Source of the DNA: Klebsormidium nitens
Lineage: Eukaryota; Plantae; Klebsormidiophyceae
Direction of reading: 5' to 3'
Assembly (NCBI GenBank): GCA_000708835.1
Contig: DF236967.1
Location: forward strand, 310,001 to 374,000
DNA: 64,000 bases
Both the position numbers and the translations under genes were made by a program. This document shows positions 47,901 to 61,100 of the stretch, in pieces. How positions within the stretch are numbered: the first letter of the stretch is position 1; the number at the start of each line of letters is the position of its first letter. The notes below the pieces were generated by a model. The model saw only the letters and a program-made list of their open reading frames with translations, did no database searches and had not been told where the DNA came from.

Positions 47901-49108
47901 TGAACCCTTGATGCTGGTGTCTTCGAGGAACGTTAGAAGCTCGCTTTCCTGTTCTCGTTACTTCCCAATCCAGCTGCCGCAAGCACAGGCTTTCTTGCTG
48001 GGCCGACCTGCAACTTGCATTTCTTCTGCCTCGGAACTTTGCCGACCGGGCACTAAATGAAGTCTGACTAAGCCGGCTCACAAGGGTCGTTGTCCTTTCA
48101 CAGTCATCTTGCAAAAGATTTTGTCATAACCGTCAAGGCAAATGCCCCGGGAGTGCATGACTTGTATAAGCCCGATGGCGGGGCGTCTGCAGATGAAATG
48201 ACAATGCAGTGTGAATCGAAACGAAGCGCGCACTGAGCGTGCAATTTCGGCTTGCAATTCTGATGGGGAACGAGTGCTTTGGTGGTCACTGAACGATTTG
48301 ATTGCGCACCAAGAGTCCTTATACCATCTGAAGAAATCGCACATATCCGACCATGTGTGGTCACTGGTTGATGTTTGAGCTTTGTATATGCATACCACCC
48401 TCAGAGCGTTCGTGAAATTTCAGGGGGGCCGTGATCTCTGAAGTAAAGTTGGTGATCATACTGGAGTACCGCGCAAATGATGGCAGATTCTCATTTCAAA
48501 TGACTCTAGCATCAACGTACGCGGGCCATACTAAAGCATAAAGGACAAGGTTTCAACCTTTTATTGCTAAGAATTGCATGATGCATGACAGCTAGAATCC
48601 ATATAAGCAGCCTTAAGCTTGACGGAACAAACCATACCATGTCATGCTTTACAACTTAAATCTAAATTGTACGGTGGAAGTGGTAGGCGTTGGGCTTCAA
48701 GCATGAGCAGCGGAGAGAAGTGGGCCCGGCGGCTAGCACGATCATTCCGACCAGCGCTATGTCATCATATACAAGACTATAGAATGAATCAGACGTTCCT
48801 TGCGGTTTTGCATGTTGCTCGTGCAGCGATCGCAGCTATCCAACGCGTTGAACAAGTCGAACCTTGTACGCTCTTATACTCCAAGACTTTATCATCGAAT
48901 GATTTCAAGAAAGGCTTATACAGACATGTTACAGGAGGCTTACGTTCGCCGTCCCATTGTATGAGCTTTGCAGCGGCTTCGTCTAAGTGCAAGCATATGA
49001 AGAGCCTATTCTGACATTCTGACATTCATCCCTTGCCATTTGCTTTCGCATCGCGCTATTCCTTATTGTACAATCAGCACATCTTGCCCCGCAAAGTCTT
49101 GCGCTACG

Positions 49109-52100
49109 CTACCGCTCTTCAGCCCGTACGGAGCCGATCGTGCTCGTGGAGGGGCTGCTGTCCAGGGTGGACGACTCCTGGACGCCTGGGCTCCGTCCCC
49201 CGTCGTTGCGCGACGTTGGAGACGTTTCCTCGTTAAAGGAGCCGCGCTTTGACTTGTTGCTGAACAGAGGGCTCGCTGCAAGGACAGGCAAGCAAAGTTA
49301 ACTCCAACCCCCACTCTGTCTCTCCTCTCGATGAGGAGGAGAGACTTATCTAACCATCATACAAGTCCAACACCCATCCTTGAACCCCGTAACGAGAGCT
49401 TCCTCAAGGAGGACTGACTGCGGTCAGGCGGCCGCTTTGCACGAACGCAACTGAAGCAAAGGTCGCAACCTGCAGAAACCTTTACACGACCACAACCCGC
49501 AATCCTGCAGCGCTGCTACAAAGTAGCTTGAATCGCCTCGTGACCTCAATCCAAGCCCGCTCACTCTTCTTGCCGAGCGAGCGCCGCATGGAAGACTGCC
49601 GGAGGAGCGACTTGAGGCTCCGGGTGCCGGGGGTGAGCCCCGGGGACGGCTGCGAGCCGCCGTCACTGCCGCCGTCACTGGGCAGGTCATCGTCCACGGT
49701 GGACAGGCTGGAGGGGCTGCCGCGCTGCGACCGCCGCAGGACGGCCTTGGCCTTGCGCCGCTGGACGCCCAGATAAGTGCGTTCGAAGCGAGTCTTGAGG
49801 ATCTCACGTGACGGGAGTCTTCGTAACAGTAAAACCAGAGTCACTCGGCGCCACAGTAGGGCCCTAGAATGGGAGCTTCGGAGCTTGAAGGGTGCTTCGT
49901 CGAGGAGGCGTTGTGCGCGCTGCTCAACCCGACCTGCTCAAGAGAATACAGTACGCCACCGATCGACCCCCTCACAGGAAGCGTCTGCAAGAAAGCAACC
50001 GTGAGATATTCATGTCAACTAAGGGCCTGTGGTTCTCCCCTCCTCACCTGCGCATTGAACAGGCCTTTGACCGACGAGACGAAGCCCTCGCTGGACCGCT
50101 GGCTGTGCTTGAATCGTCTCCGCTCTCCGCCGGGCGCCGAGCTCCCTTCTAACAGCGCCGCCGGCCGGGCCCCCTGGTCGCTCGACTCGGACCCACTTTC
50201 GGTGTGAATCTCCCCCCCTCCCTGGCTCTGGCCCCGGAACTTTTTGCCCTGCACTCCGGCCACTGATTTGAGCACCCCCCAGATGATGTGCTTCTTGACC
50301 TTGTAGAAGAGGCGCCGCCAGTCGCCCGTGAAGTGCTCGCGCGAGAAGGTGTCCATGAGGAAGCGCTTCTCGGAGAAGGAGATGGGGGAGCCCTCGTACG
50401 TCGCCACCAGCTCCACCTGAACAACGAGGGCGGGGAGAAGGTTGATGGAGAAAGGGATGAGTATTCAGGCTCGTGATCCCCTCCTTGCACTGATGGACGC
50501 GAGATGTGGTTCTACCAGGCGATGGTTTGGGAGACGAGGATTTGAGCAGTATAGAGCCGCTTTCAGACAAGAATGCTTGCAAAACATTCAAAGATGTGGC
50601 TCATAAATGAACGATGTCCTGCCAAAAGAAAGGGCGCAGCCTGCTTGTAAGCTATTCAGGAGCGGAAAGAGCAATGCTCAAGAAGTGATATACACGCTGC
50701 AAGTAATCACTTGACTGGGGAAAGGTACAAGTATCGCGGAGGCCAACTCTCCATACGCGGGTGATAAGATCAAGCCAGGGCGCAGTGTAGAATGTAGAAG
50801 TCCTGGTAAACGAGAGTCAGTACACAGAAGCAGCTGAAATCCCAACATGCACGCACATCCCCCTTACCTGCGCGATCTTGATGAAGTGGATGACCAAGTC
50901 CTTGCTCTTGCTGACCTCCTCCTCGTTCTGCCGCACCGCCTTAGCCCGCTGTTTTCGCCGCTTCTTCCCCGCTGGGGGTGTCTCGCTCGACCCGGACCCC
51001 TCGGCCCCCGCCGCCGCCAGAATCGCCGCCGCCTGAACTTGGAGCAAGCCCCCGACCTGCCCCAGACTCATCGCAGTCTGCGCCGTCATTGCCAACGGAC
51101 CGCTGTAGCTCCCCGACCGCCCCGCCGACGTCGGCTGCGCAACGACCGCTTCCAGGAGCGCCGAGTCCGTCGACCCGAACTCGATCGCCGACGCCGTGCG
51201 CCGGTGCGCGGGCCCCCGGTGCGGCTCCCCGGAGCTGTACCCGCTGCTGCTCGCTTGCCGCGTGTGCGACACCCGCGAAACTTCCGCCATCAGCTCAGGG
51301 TCCATATCCACCGGGCTGGAGCTGAGCGGATTTGCCCCGGCCCAGGGGGCGGTTGGCCCCCCCGGGGAGGCGTTGAATCCAGTGCCGCCCGGCTTGGGGG
51401 AGTGCGGCGATTTGAGACTGTCCCCGCTGGACTGGCGCGAGAGGGACGGGTTCGGTGCCTCGACGGTGTTGCGGCGGCCACGGCGCGAGGCCGCGGCGGA
51501 CCCGGAGGGCGGGAGCGCGGCGGTCTGGTAGTCTGCGCGGCGGAAGGGGTGGAGGTCGTCCTTGGGGAAGACGTATTCGAAGAGCATACGGTAGAGGGAC
51601 TCGGTGAGGTGGATGCGCAGCGGATGGATGTCCACCTGGGGAAGGGATAGTGTAAGGAAGGGTTGGATCTGAGGGGAAAGGGAGGGGGATAGTCAAATGT
51701 GGTGGAAGAACCAGCCCGCTTCAGAGGCAGTGTCGATGTAAAGTGGTGAGATAGACAAAGAAAATTGGTCGCGTCGCTGGGCATAGGGTTCATGGTCAGC
51801 TTTGAATTTGCAACCGCTATGCAGCGTCAACTGAGGCGTCTTGCAGGGTTACTTTTTGAGGCTGGGCAGTACTGCCTTAAGGAGGCAGACAGGATGATAA
51901 GAACAAGCCTGCGTGAGCAGATTTTAACGATGCTCTCTTAGCATCTTCCTGACGATAAGTGCCCCAGCTCGCTTGTTGCCAACACTTGCACCAACCACCC
52001 TGACAACACACCTTGAGATCCACAGTCACTCCTCCTTGTAAAGGGCGCAGAGCGCCCAAACATGTGACGACTTTCAGATGGTCAACTCCTTTGATAACGA

Positions 52101-55100
52101 CAGATTAGTTGAAGCATCGCAGGGTTGTGACTTCCAAGCTTTCTGAAGGTACCTGGAAATGGAGTATGGGCACGACGCCGTTGGGCTCCGGCGCGCCCTG
52201 CTTGGCCTCCACCTTGAGGATGCACGCCTTGGACCACTCAGGCGGGTTCCACGCGCCCAGAATCTCCTTGCACTTGGGGTGCGGCAAACAGTTGCGGATG
52301 GTCAGGTGCTTCACCATGAAGCTGGCGAAGCCCACGTCATCGAAGTCGCGATCCAGGTCCAGGATCTGCAACGAACGGCATCCTTTTCATGAGAAACGGG
52401 ACAAGAAACGACTTGGAGACACATGATATCTCAAGGGTAGCAGACAATCACCTTGGGAGAGCAAACACGCGCCGTCGAGTGATCACCTTTGTGGTTCCAC
52501 CTTTGCGGATCCCTCTTCAGGGTGCAAGCAGCCCAACTGACCAGTAACACGAGGGATGGCCGTCATCACACTCAACACGAGCGCCGCAAATAGACTGGAC
52601 GCTGGTGACATAAGTGGCAGATGCCAGATAATTCACAGAGCAGATGGACTGCTCGGTTGCCAATGAAACAAGATTCTGCTTCATGAACATCGTATGGCCG
52701 AGCTACGTGATGCGCGCGCACCATGTTGTTGATCTCTGCCTCGGCGAAGGGCTCCCCGTCGGCGAGCATGGTCCACATGCCCTTGTCGATGATCCAGCTG
52801 ATGCGCAGCGCGGACGACGGGTGCTTCAGCTGCTGCTGGTGCTTGGCGGCCGCTGCCTTGAGGATGCTGCGCAGGCTCTTGCGTGCGGCCGCCTTGGCCT
52901 CGCGCTTCGCGGCCAGGCCCAGCTCGAGCCGACGGATCTGCAAAACGAGCGAAGTGTACCCGTCAGAAGAGTTTTAAGGGCGACTATAAACATAGGGAGC
53001 TGCGTAATGGTCTCCTTAACGTCCGACTGGGCAAAAATACCCATAAAGCCATTTTAGGGAGGTGCGTAATGATCCGGTTGACATTAAAATGGACAACCAA
53101 ATGACGTTTGAAAATTTGGGCTGGGAACAAACACTCCTTGTTCATATCCGCTGAAGCATACTACCTTGCTGGACCAACCAGCCTTATCCGCGGACATTAA
53201 ATGGTGCCGCTATCTGAGGGAATGCGCCTTCTTCACAAAGGAGACTTACCAGAGCGTATCTTGCTGCAGTGACCATCCAGAGCTTGAGATCGTTGTCAAT
53301 GGTTCCCTTGAGACCGCCATTGAAAGCGGCCTGCCCGTCGTCGGTGCCTTGCAGTCGCATCCGGTGGAGGTCCTGCACGGTAAAAAGTTCAAAAGGCTTT
53401 ACAGCCGACCCCTCCACCGCTATGATCACGTAAGTGGTTCCCTAACGCCTGTCAAGAGCCCAGTCTTGGGGCCAGATTGAGGCTTCAGCTGACGCGTTGA
53501 TTTCTCGCTCGTGGGGTTTCCTGCATGTTCCGTACCTCTTTGCTGGTCTGCCTTGCAAAGATACATGTTTCGGCAAACACGGCGAGACTAGATTGAAGCC
53601 TGGACTTTAAGATGCGGCACAAGGGCGGCGGCGGGATTCCGGCCCGGCAGTCCAACCTAGAGCCGTCACGTTAACAAGGATTGGACAACCTGGCACTGAA
53701 CAGCATGGCCCCAAAATGGGCCCTTCTCCACAACGCTGTCGGCGCCCACCTGTGCCATTGCCTTGCACTCCCTCTCGAGCGCCTCAATCTCACTGCGCGC
53801 CAGCTCGACCTCCTCAATCCCCTCTGGCACCACCTCGTCCGCCTCCTCCTCTTGCTCCTGGTCATCATCCGTCGCAGAGGGGGCCCACCGGAGCGGAGGG
53901 TTGCGCGCCCTGGGCATGACGGAAAGAAGACTGTGCTTAGAGCCTTTTGAGTAAGGTTAGAGAATCCCTATTGGGCGGAGGCAAGAGATCGTTAGACTAA
54001 GAATCAAGCGTCCCTGATGGGCGGAGGCCAAAAGACGTTGACTATCAATCCAGGTTGCGGATTGAGGGGCTGCAAATTTGAAGGGAATAAGCTCGGGTTG
54101 TAAAGGAGGGACCTTGACAGACAAGATAAAGCTTGGCAGAAGCAACCCGAGGTAGAATCTGGAAGAAGAGGGGGGTCTGGAAATAGCAGATGACAAACTT
54201 CAAGCCGCCTCCCTCTTAATGCGGGCCAGGCATCGGGCGAATATAAGATCATCTCTTCGTGTTTGCAGCCGGCGCATACCTGGGGAGGCGCGCGAGCAGT
54301 AGGCTGGTGATGACGTCCATCAGAATGGAGAACTGCCGGCTGGTCATGCTGGCGCTGATGTCAGGCGACGTGAAGTGGAAGTGCTTCAGCGGCTTCATGC
54401 GCGCGTCTTTGCCCTTGCCGTCGCCCTGGCCCCCACGGTGCCGCGTGTACTGGAAGACCATGGTGCACGGTGTGAAAACGCGCTCCAGCAGCACCCCGGG
54501 CTGTCTCGCGTTTGCCTGCGCCCGCCCGTCGCGTGAAACCTGCGGAGAGGGAATGCTCGTCAGCAAGCGACCTTGGAATCGCCAGAAGTCGGAGAATCGA
54601 CTTGAATTCGTTTCAGCTAAGTGTGCTTAGTCAGAAGCTGTGACGTACAGGTGGAAGGTTCTTCCAACCAGGAATCGCCAAGGTGTGACGTACAGGTGGA
54701 AGGTTCTTCCAACCAGGAATTGCCAAGGTAAGAGATACGGATGATTCGGTATACGGCCAGGTCTACGGAACTCCCTTGAAGAGCCGCTCTCGGGGAGACG
54801 AGCAGTGTCCCAGAAAAGCTTCGACGAGCCCTGGAACAGTCAGAAGATACCACAAAGAAGACCACTGGAACCCAATAATTGCCACCATAGGGAACTGTCA
54901 GAAGGGTCAATAAGCATGAAAGCTTACACGATTCACGCTCCAATAAGCAAGTTTCACGTCCAAAAAGAATCTTCCCCACCTTGGGCAGCCACTGGATGCC
55001 TGCGTTGAGGTCGACGTCCGTGGGCGCCACGTGGGCCTGCACGTGCTCTAGCAAAATGCTGAGCTCGCGCTTCCGCCACGTGATGATCGGAAAACCTCCC

Positions 55101-58100
55101 GCCGACGGCAGTCCGCGCATCTCGGGAGCGCCCGCCAGCGCCTCCAGACCAATGACGACCGCCTCGTGGAAAGAGCGGGCGAGGACGCGGCCGCTGGCAG
55201 CGGCGAGCAGGAAACGACCCTGGGAAGAAACAGAGTAGGAAGTTGAGGAAGAGAGGACGTTAAGTGGTGTTACAGCGGCGTTCGTACAGCACATGCTTGT
55301 GAGGCCGTGGGTTTTGTAATCAGCAGCTGCTTTTCAATGGGCGAATAAATGCTAAAAATACGCCCTGCATTGCTTTGCTGATCCTTGCAGGTATCACAGA
55401 CTTTAACAACCGGGACTCTTCATAATGCAGAACGATCCCAAGCGCAAAACTACCAAAAAGAGACAGCGCAAAGCGAGTTGCGTAGGTAGCCACGGCTCTC
55501 CTTACGCTTGCGTTGTCCGAGTGCAGGTTGAACTGCGGCTGCGTGACGTTGATCATGAACTTCAACTCCCCGTCCTCCTCCTCTGCCACCGCGCTCCTTA
55601 CAGCCGCCTTCGTCGGAGCGTTCTGCGCCGCCCCGGCTGCCGCCGACCTCGTTGTATTGGCCTCCTTCTGCAGCTCCGGGTTCATCGGCTTGTCCCCCGG
55701 GTTCAGTTTCCAGCCCTCAGCGCCGGGAGCGCTTCCGGCTAGGCTTCCCACCACGCCGCCCACGACCTTTTCAGCAGGGGTTGGCGACACCGGGATCTCT
55801 AAAACGTTCTGCCGCCAGCGGAGGAGCCGTTGGTGCTCCTCCATCTTCTTGCGCTGGGCGTACTGTTTGGAGGGGGAGGGCTTCGGGGACGAGAAGCCGC
55901 GCGCCATGTCGTGCACCCAGGACCAGACGGCGTCGCGGTTGGGCAGCGTCCAGAGCAGCTTCAGGCCGTGGAGGGAGACGCGCAGGCAGTTGTCGGCCAG
56001 CAGCACCGCCACGCCTTCTTCCTCCTCGCTGCCTGTATTCACAAGCAAAGATGAACAGTGAGTTTTTGCTACGAAGAGTCAAAAGGAGCGGCGTCCTTAC
56101 GTCCGAGAAGACGACATGAAGCAACCCTGTATTTGCAGGTTGAGCAGAAAGCAGGCCTTCAAGAACCGGGAGGCAGTCGAAAGCCTAGGTCAGAGGCGAA
56201 GCGTTCTTGAGGACCGCTTTCGATCGGTCTCCAATACTTGGAAAATGTTCCTCGAGCTGATTGTTCTGCATCCACGCAAACTTGTTACCAACAAAGAATA
56301 GCAAACTCTCAACAGCGCCCCTACCTGAGACGCCGCTTCCATAGTCGCTGTCGCTCGCCGCACTCAGCCCGCTCATGCTGAACATCGTCATGCCCACACG
56401 CGGGCCGATGCGCCACGTGGCCAGCCGCCGGTTGTCCGCCTTGGGGGACTGCTTGCGCAGCGAGAAGCAGTCGGTGCTCAGAAGAAACCCCTTGTCGTCA
56501 CCGTACGAAACGGAGCGGGCCGACCCGGGGTCTTCGGAGATGGAGGCCTCGCCACGGTACGTTTCGGGGAGGTCCATCAGCTGCCGCAGCTTGTCGAACC
56601 GGCGCTGGCTCTCGTCAGACTCGCGCGCCTTCGATTCGGAGTCGAGGAAGACGCGAAGCGTGCGGGCGTCGAAGGCCTGCCAAGGGACGGGCAAATGCAT
56701 TCTCAAGGCGGCGTGACAGCAGTTCAAGCCCCAACGCAAGGAACAGAGCAGACCTCTCAGGAGAAAGATGCTCGGAAAACTTTTGGGGCAAAAGAAAAGA
56801 CTCGTATTTTGGTTTGTAAGCAGTATAGAGATTTGAAGCCCTCGTGTAAGGCCGACCAATTAGTGTCCAAGAAGCATGTAGTCGATCCTGACTGCAAGGT
56901 TCATTTATGGCAACGCTGTGACCAGCGCTTAACTGCCTAAGACCGCCCAGGTCCAGCAAAGCGAACATAAGAAAGGCTTTCTGACCTGGTACACCACGAG
57001 GAGGTCCCCCCGCGGCAGGCTCCCCCGATAGTCGACCCCCAGGATGGAGGCGGTCTGCTCGTCGATGGGCGCCCGGTACCAGCAGCAGTCGTACTTGAGG
57101 TGCTGCATCTGGAAAGTCAGCCCCTCCGCGGGGTCGTTCTCACCGATAGACACGTGCTTCATACAGCACGGCGTCGAGTCGATCTGGGATGAAAAAGAGC
57201 TCCGGTTTAGCCTATGACTGGAGAGGAAGCTTGGGGGCAATGATGCTCGCGAAACAAGGTCGAGGAATTTGCAAAAACCACAGCACTCAAATTCAGGTGA
57301 CAGCTGCACCCTAAGCGGAGTAGCAGCTAGTCCGGACAGATTGAAGCTGCGTTTTCAACAGACAAGTCTGGCAGCCCAAGGATACACAGAGATCCAGAAA
57401 AACAAGCTTGCAATTGCTGCCTCACCTTGAGCATGAGCTCCGTGAGCACCTTGTCCAGCCCCAGGTTCCCCGACCGCTTGCCCCTTGGAACGCCGAACCG
57501 CGGGCACCGCGCAAATGAGCGCAGCTTCATGGGCGGGTAGTACCACAGCGACCACCACTTGCGGACGAAAAGAAAGTCCGGCGCGCCAAGAGCGATCGTC
57601 GGCACCGTCGGGAAGTCCTCGCTCGCGGCCGACGACGCGTTCGAGCGGCGCCGCGTGAGCTGCTGCGCGGAGACGCTCTGGGATCGCGCAAGCCGCGACT
57701 GCGGGAGCGTGCCCTCGCTGTTGGAATGCACCCGCGCCCACGTGGCTTCGAAGTTGCGCGGGCCCTCGGGCACGTCGGCCGTGTTTCTCCGCGGGCGGGT
57801 TTCCGGGCTGCTCGGGTTTGGAACGTGCGCCGTTGGGGCCTCGCGGAACTTCATCTCAATGCCGAGCCGCAGCGACGTGGACCGAAACGGGTCGTTCAGC
57901 GTTTGCCGGAGCGTGCCCTCCCAAGGCATCGCGTGCAGGTAGTGCATCTGGGGTTGCCCCGAGGGGCAGTCCCAACCGAGAGTAAAGTCCACCCAATACA
58001 CCGGGCTCTGTAGCTGAGTCGCCCGCATTGGCCCGGCCAGGGGGTCTGCCTCGGCCGCCGCCGCACTGCCGTCCATTACCCCTCCGGCTCCGTCTAAACC

Positions 58101-61100
58101 CCCGGCGGTGAGATTCACGGAGACTTTCTCCGCTTCAACGGCAACCGCGCCCGGGTAGCTGTTCACCTCGAACGTGCTTGCAGACAGAAGCAGCATCTGC
58201 TCTTCTTCGTACGGGTCCGGCGTCGCGAGGAGGGCTAACTCCAGGTCGTGGAAGACGACCTTTTGGTGGCCGTGCACGTAGTAGCGCATCAGGTCCCACC
58301 ACGGCAGGCTGCGCTCCTTCGGTATCGCCGATGTGCCCTGCAGCCCGACGATTGGCACGCTGCCACCTGTCAGCAGCTCGATGCACCCCAGCCCACCGGC
58401 CGCGTCCTGCTGCGGAAAGGGGACACTGCTCATTGCCAAGTCGCGGACGGACTCGACCGGTGTGGGGGCAAGAGTGTCCACCTGGGACGCCCGAGGCGTT
58501 CCCGCGGCACTCGTTTTAGGAGTCGGGTTGGCGCTTGCAACGATGACGTCGGCGCCCGGGCTGGGCGCCTTCTTGATCGCGGTCGTGAACGCGTAGCTGA
58601 TGTCTGCATACGCGGGCTCAAAGCCGGTGCCGACACCGATCTCGGCGGCGACCAGGTCGACTGAAAGGTTGGTGTACAGCTTGAGGGGGGGCGTGCATCC
58701 GCTTGCGGACCGCAGCATGCGGACAATCTGCCAGCGCCCGACGGGAAGCTCCTGCCAGACCAGGGGCGGGACCACAGTCGCCTGCCGCAGGGATGAAAAC
58801 AACCGTCAGTGGTGACTCCTTCGATGACGTGAAGTCCACAGCAGGATGCAGTGAAGAGAGACATTTTGCGCACAATTTTCCAACCAGCCGTACATCGAGG
58901 AAGATAGGAGGGAATTCCCACCGACCGCTCTGTTTCCAGTTCTCAGGAACCGAACCAGTCTTAGGCTGAGCTTGTTCAAGCTTTCGTTCGGATTCGATGC
59001 GGGTATCTGCAATCGAGCTGATGTTAATACACGGACTGAGGCCAAAGGAAGAATCCATGGCAAAGACCAGCCCTGCCTGACCTGCTGTGCCATGATCATG
59101 TCCCCCTCCGCCGTGCCGCTTACGGCCGCCAGCAGCGGCACGCTGAAGTCCCGCAGCTGCAGTCGCAGCCCCGCCGCCTCCCACGTGGTATGCCGCCCGT
59201 AGAAACGGCTGAACGGCACTCCCCGGCCGGGCCGTATGGAATCCATCTCGCGCACCCGCTGCGTCAACCCCTCGGTGCCGTTTGCAATTTCGGTGAGGAC
59301 CACGTCCAGGCTCGTGCACGAGACAGCAATGAGGCTTTCCCGCTCTTTGCTGACGCGGACGGTGCACTGCCCCCCTGGGCCGGGGGCTTTCTCAGTGGCG
59401 CCATCGATTTGAAGCCGCCAGGAGCATTCCTCTTTGTAGGCACGGCTGGCCTGACGCATCACGCGCTCCCAGGCTTCTCGAGCCTGCAACACAGCGGCGA
59501 TGACGCTTCATAATCTTGAGTGCTTCGTCCGTAACCTCAAGTCAGCGGGTCGCACGACTGGCGTGGCGATGAGATGAAGTCCCCATATCTCTGAGATCGG
59601 AAATGTTCGAAGTTTAAGACGAGTCGGGTTTGAGCAGAAAGCAACTATCCAGAAGAAAGAGACTTGGATTGCCACCTCAAAGAAAAGAGTACACTTCAGA
59701 CGCTTTGTTTGCTTGCCCAGCCATTCGGCCCACTTACCAGAGCCGGGTTCAGCAGATCCGGCCCATCCGCCCCCTTCTCCGCCGGTGCTTGCGTCGGTAC
59801 CGCGATGAACGACCGCGCCTCCTGCATCAGCTCCTTGGCGGCCGCCTCCCCAACCTTCTCCGCCAGCAGTTTCTCGCGCACCATCGCTTCCCGTACCTGC
59901 TTCGCCAGCATCCGGTAATGGAGATCCAGCCACGACTGAAACGGCTCGTCCTCGATATCGGCACGGAAATCTCGCATCGCCAGCGTTACCTTCCCCACCG
60001 CTTTCCGTTTCTTCTTCTTCTTCGGCTCCGAGCTGACTTTCTCAAACCACGCGTGCCCCTCCTTCATCGCGAGCAATATGTACTTGAGCGCGCGCGCCGT
60101 GTCCTCCCCTGCGTCCTCCGCCTCGCGCAGCGCCATCCGGAAGGGCATCGTCAACCGAGTCCCGTTCCCCTGCACGAGCACGTCCCACGCCGCTCGGACG
60201 CTCTCCGCTTCCGGCCGGACACCTTCCCTTTCCGTTCGGACGCCTTCCGTTCCCACTTGGACGCTTTCCGTTCCGGTTCCGACGCCCTCCCCGTCCGGCT
60301 GAGCGGGGTGCCGCGAGACCTGTAAGCTGTTGCTGCTAAGAATGACGGCATCATTCAGCCCCGCCTGCAAACCCTCTAGCAGCACCCCGATCGACGCGTC
60401 TTCTGAAAACACCGACTGCGCGCGCAGGAACGCCTGCCAACCGAGCCCGATGTCCGCCCCAACGTTAAGCATCTCCAAATCCAAGGACACCACGAGTGGC
60501 CTCAGAGGAGCTGCAGCCGGGCTCGCCGCGCCGGGAGACGCTTCTCTCATGCCCGCCTTCGAATCACCTTTCGCGCTCTCCAATTCCTGGTCGATGACGC
60601 TTTCCTTCTGCCCGCTCTCGGCACCGTTTGCTTGCCCCCCCGAGTTGCTTTCCGCCTCTACTCCATTCGCTTTCGCTGCATCGGCCCCCAGCCCCGCCCC
60701 GTGATCCCCTGTCGCCCGCTTCGCCCGCTTGCGGTGCTCTTTTCGCCGGTCGAGCACCTGCTTCACATCCTGCCCCACCGCATGTAGGAACAGGTGCGCA
60801 TCCGCTTCCCAAGCGACGTCGACCCCGCACGCCGCTACACACACGCTTGCCGGCTTCCCCTCTTGCTTGACTCCTTTGCTATAGACAGCGCTCGCAGTCT
60901 GCACCCCGCAGAGCGTGACAGTCCGGTCCGACTTGGGGTCCAAGGTTCCCACCCCGGACGATATCCGACTAGACTGCTGCGAAGAACTCGCCGATCGGCT
61001 TCCTTCCTGCACTTTTGCCCCGCTGCGCATCCCAGACTGGTCGAACGAGCTTCTGCGACTTGCCGTCCGAATGTCGAGCGGCAGCCCCTCTTCCCGATAG

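Noticed and set aside
48078-48398. Possible retrotransposon gag remnant (TWSDMCDFFRWYK)
   Set aside because: It is a single weak motif with no LTR, PBS, protease or RT nearby.
50847-51650. 267-aa + strand ORF, and similar ORFs at 59630-60325 and 61161-62003
   Set aside because: They are antisense shadows of SABRE exons.
60200-60300. Short 7-aa-like coding repeat in SABRE (GTESVQVGTEGVRTEREGVRPEAESVR)
   Set aside because: It is an ordinary low-complexity linker with degenerate units and no wider pattern.
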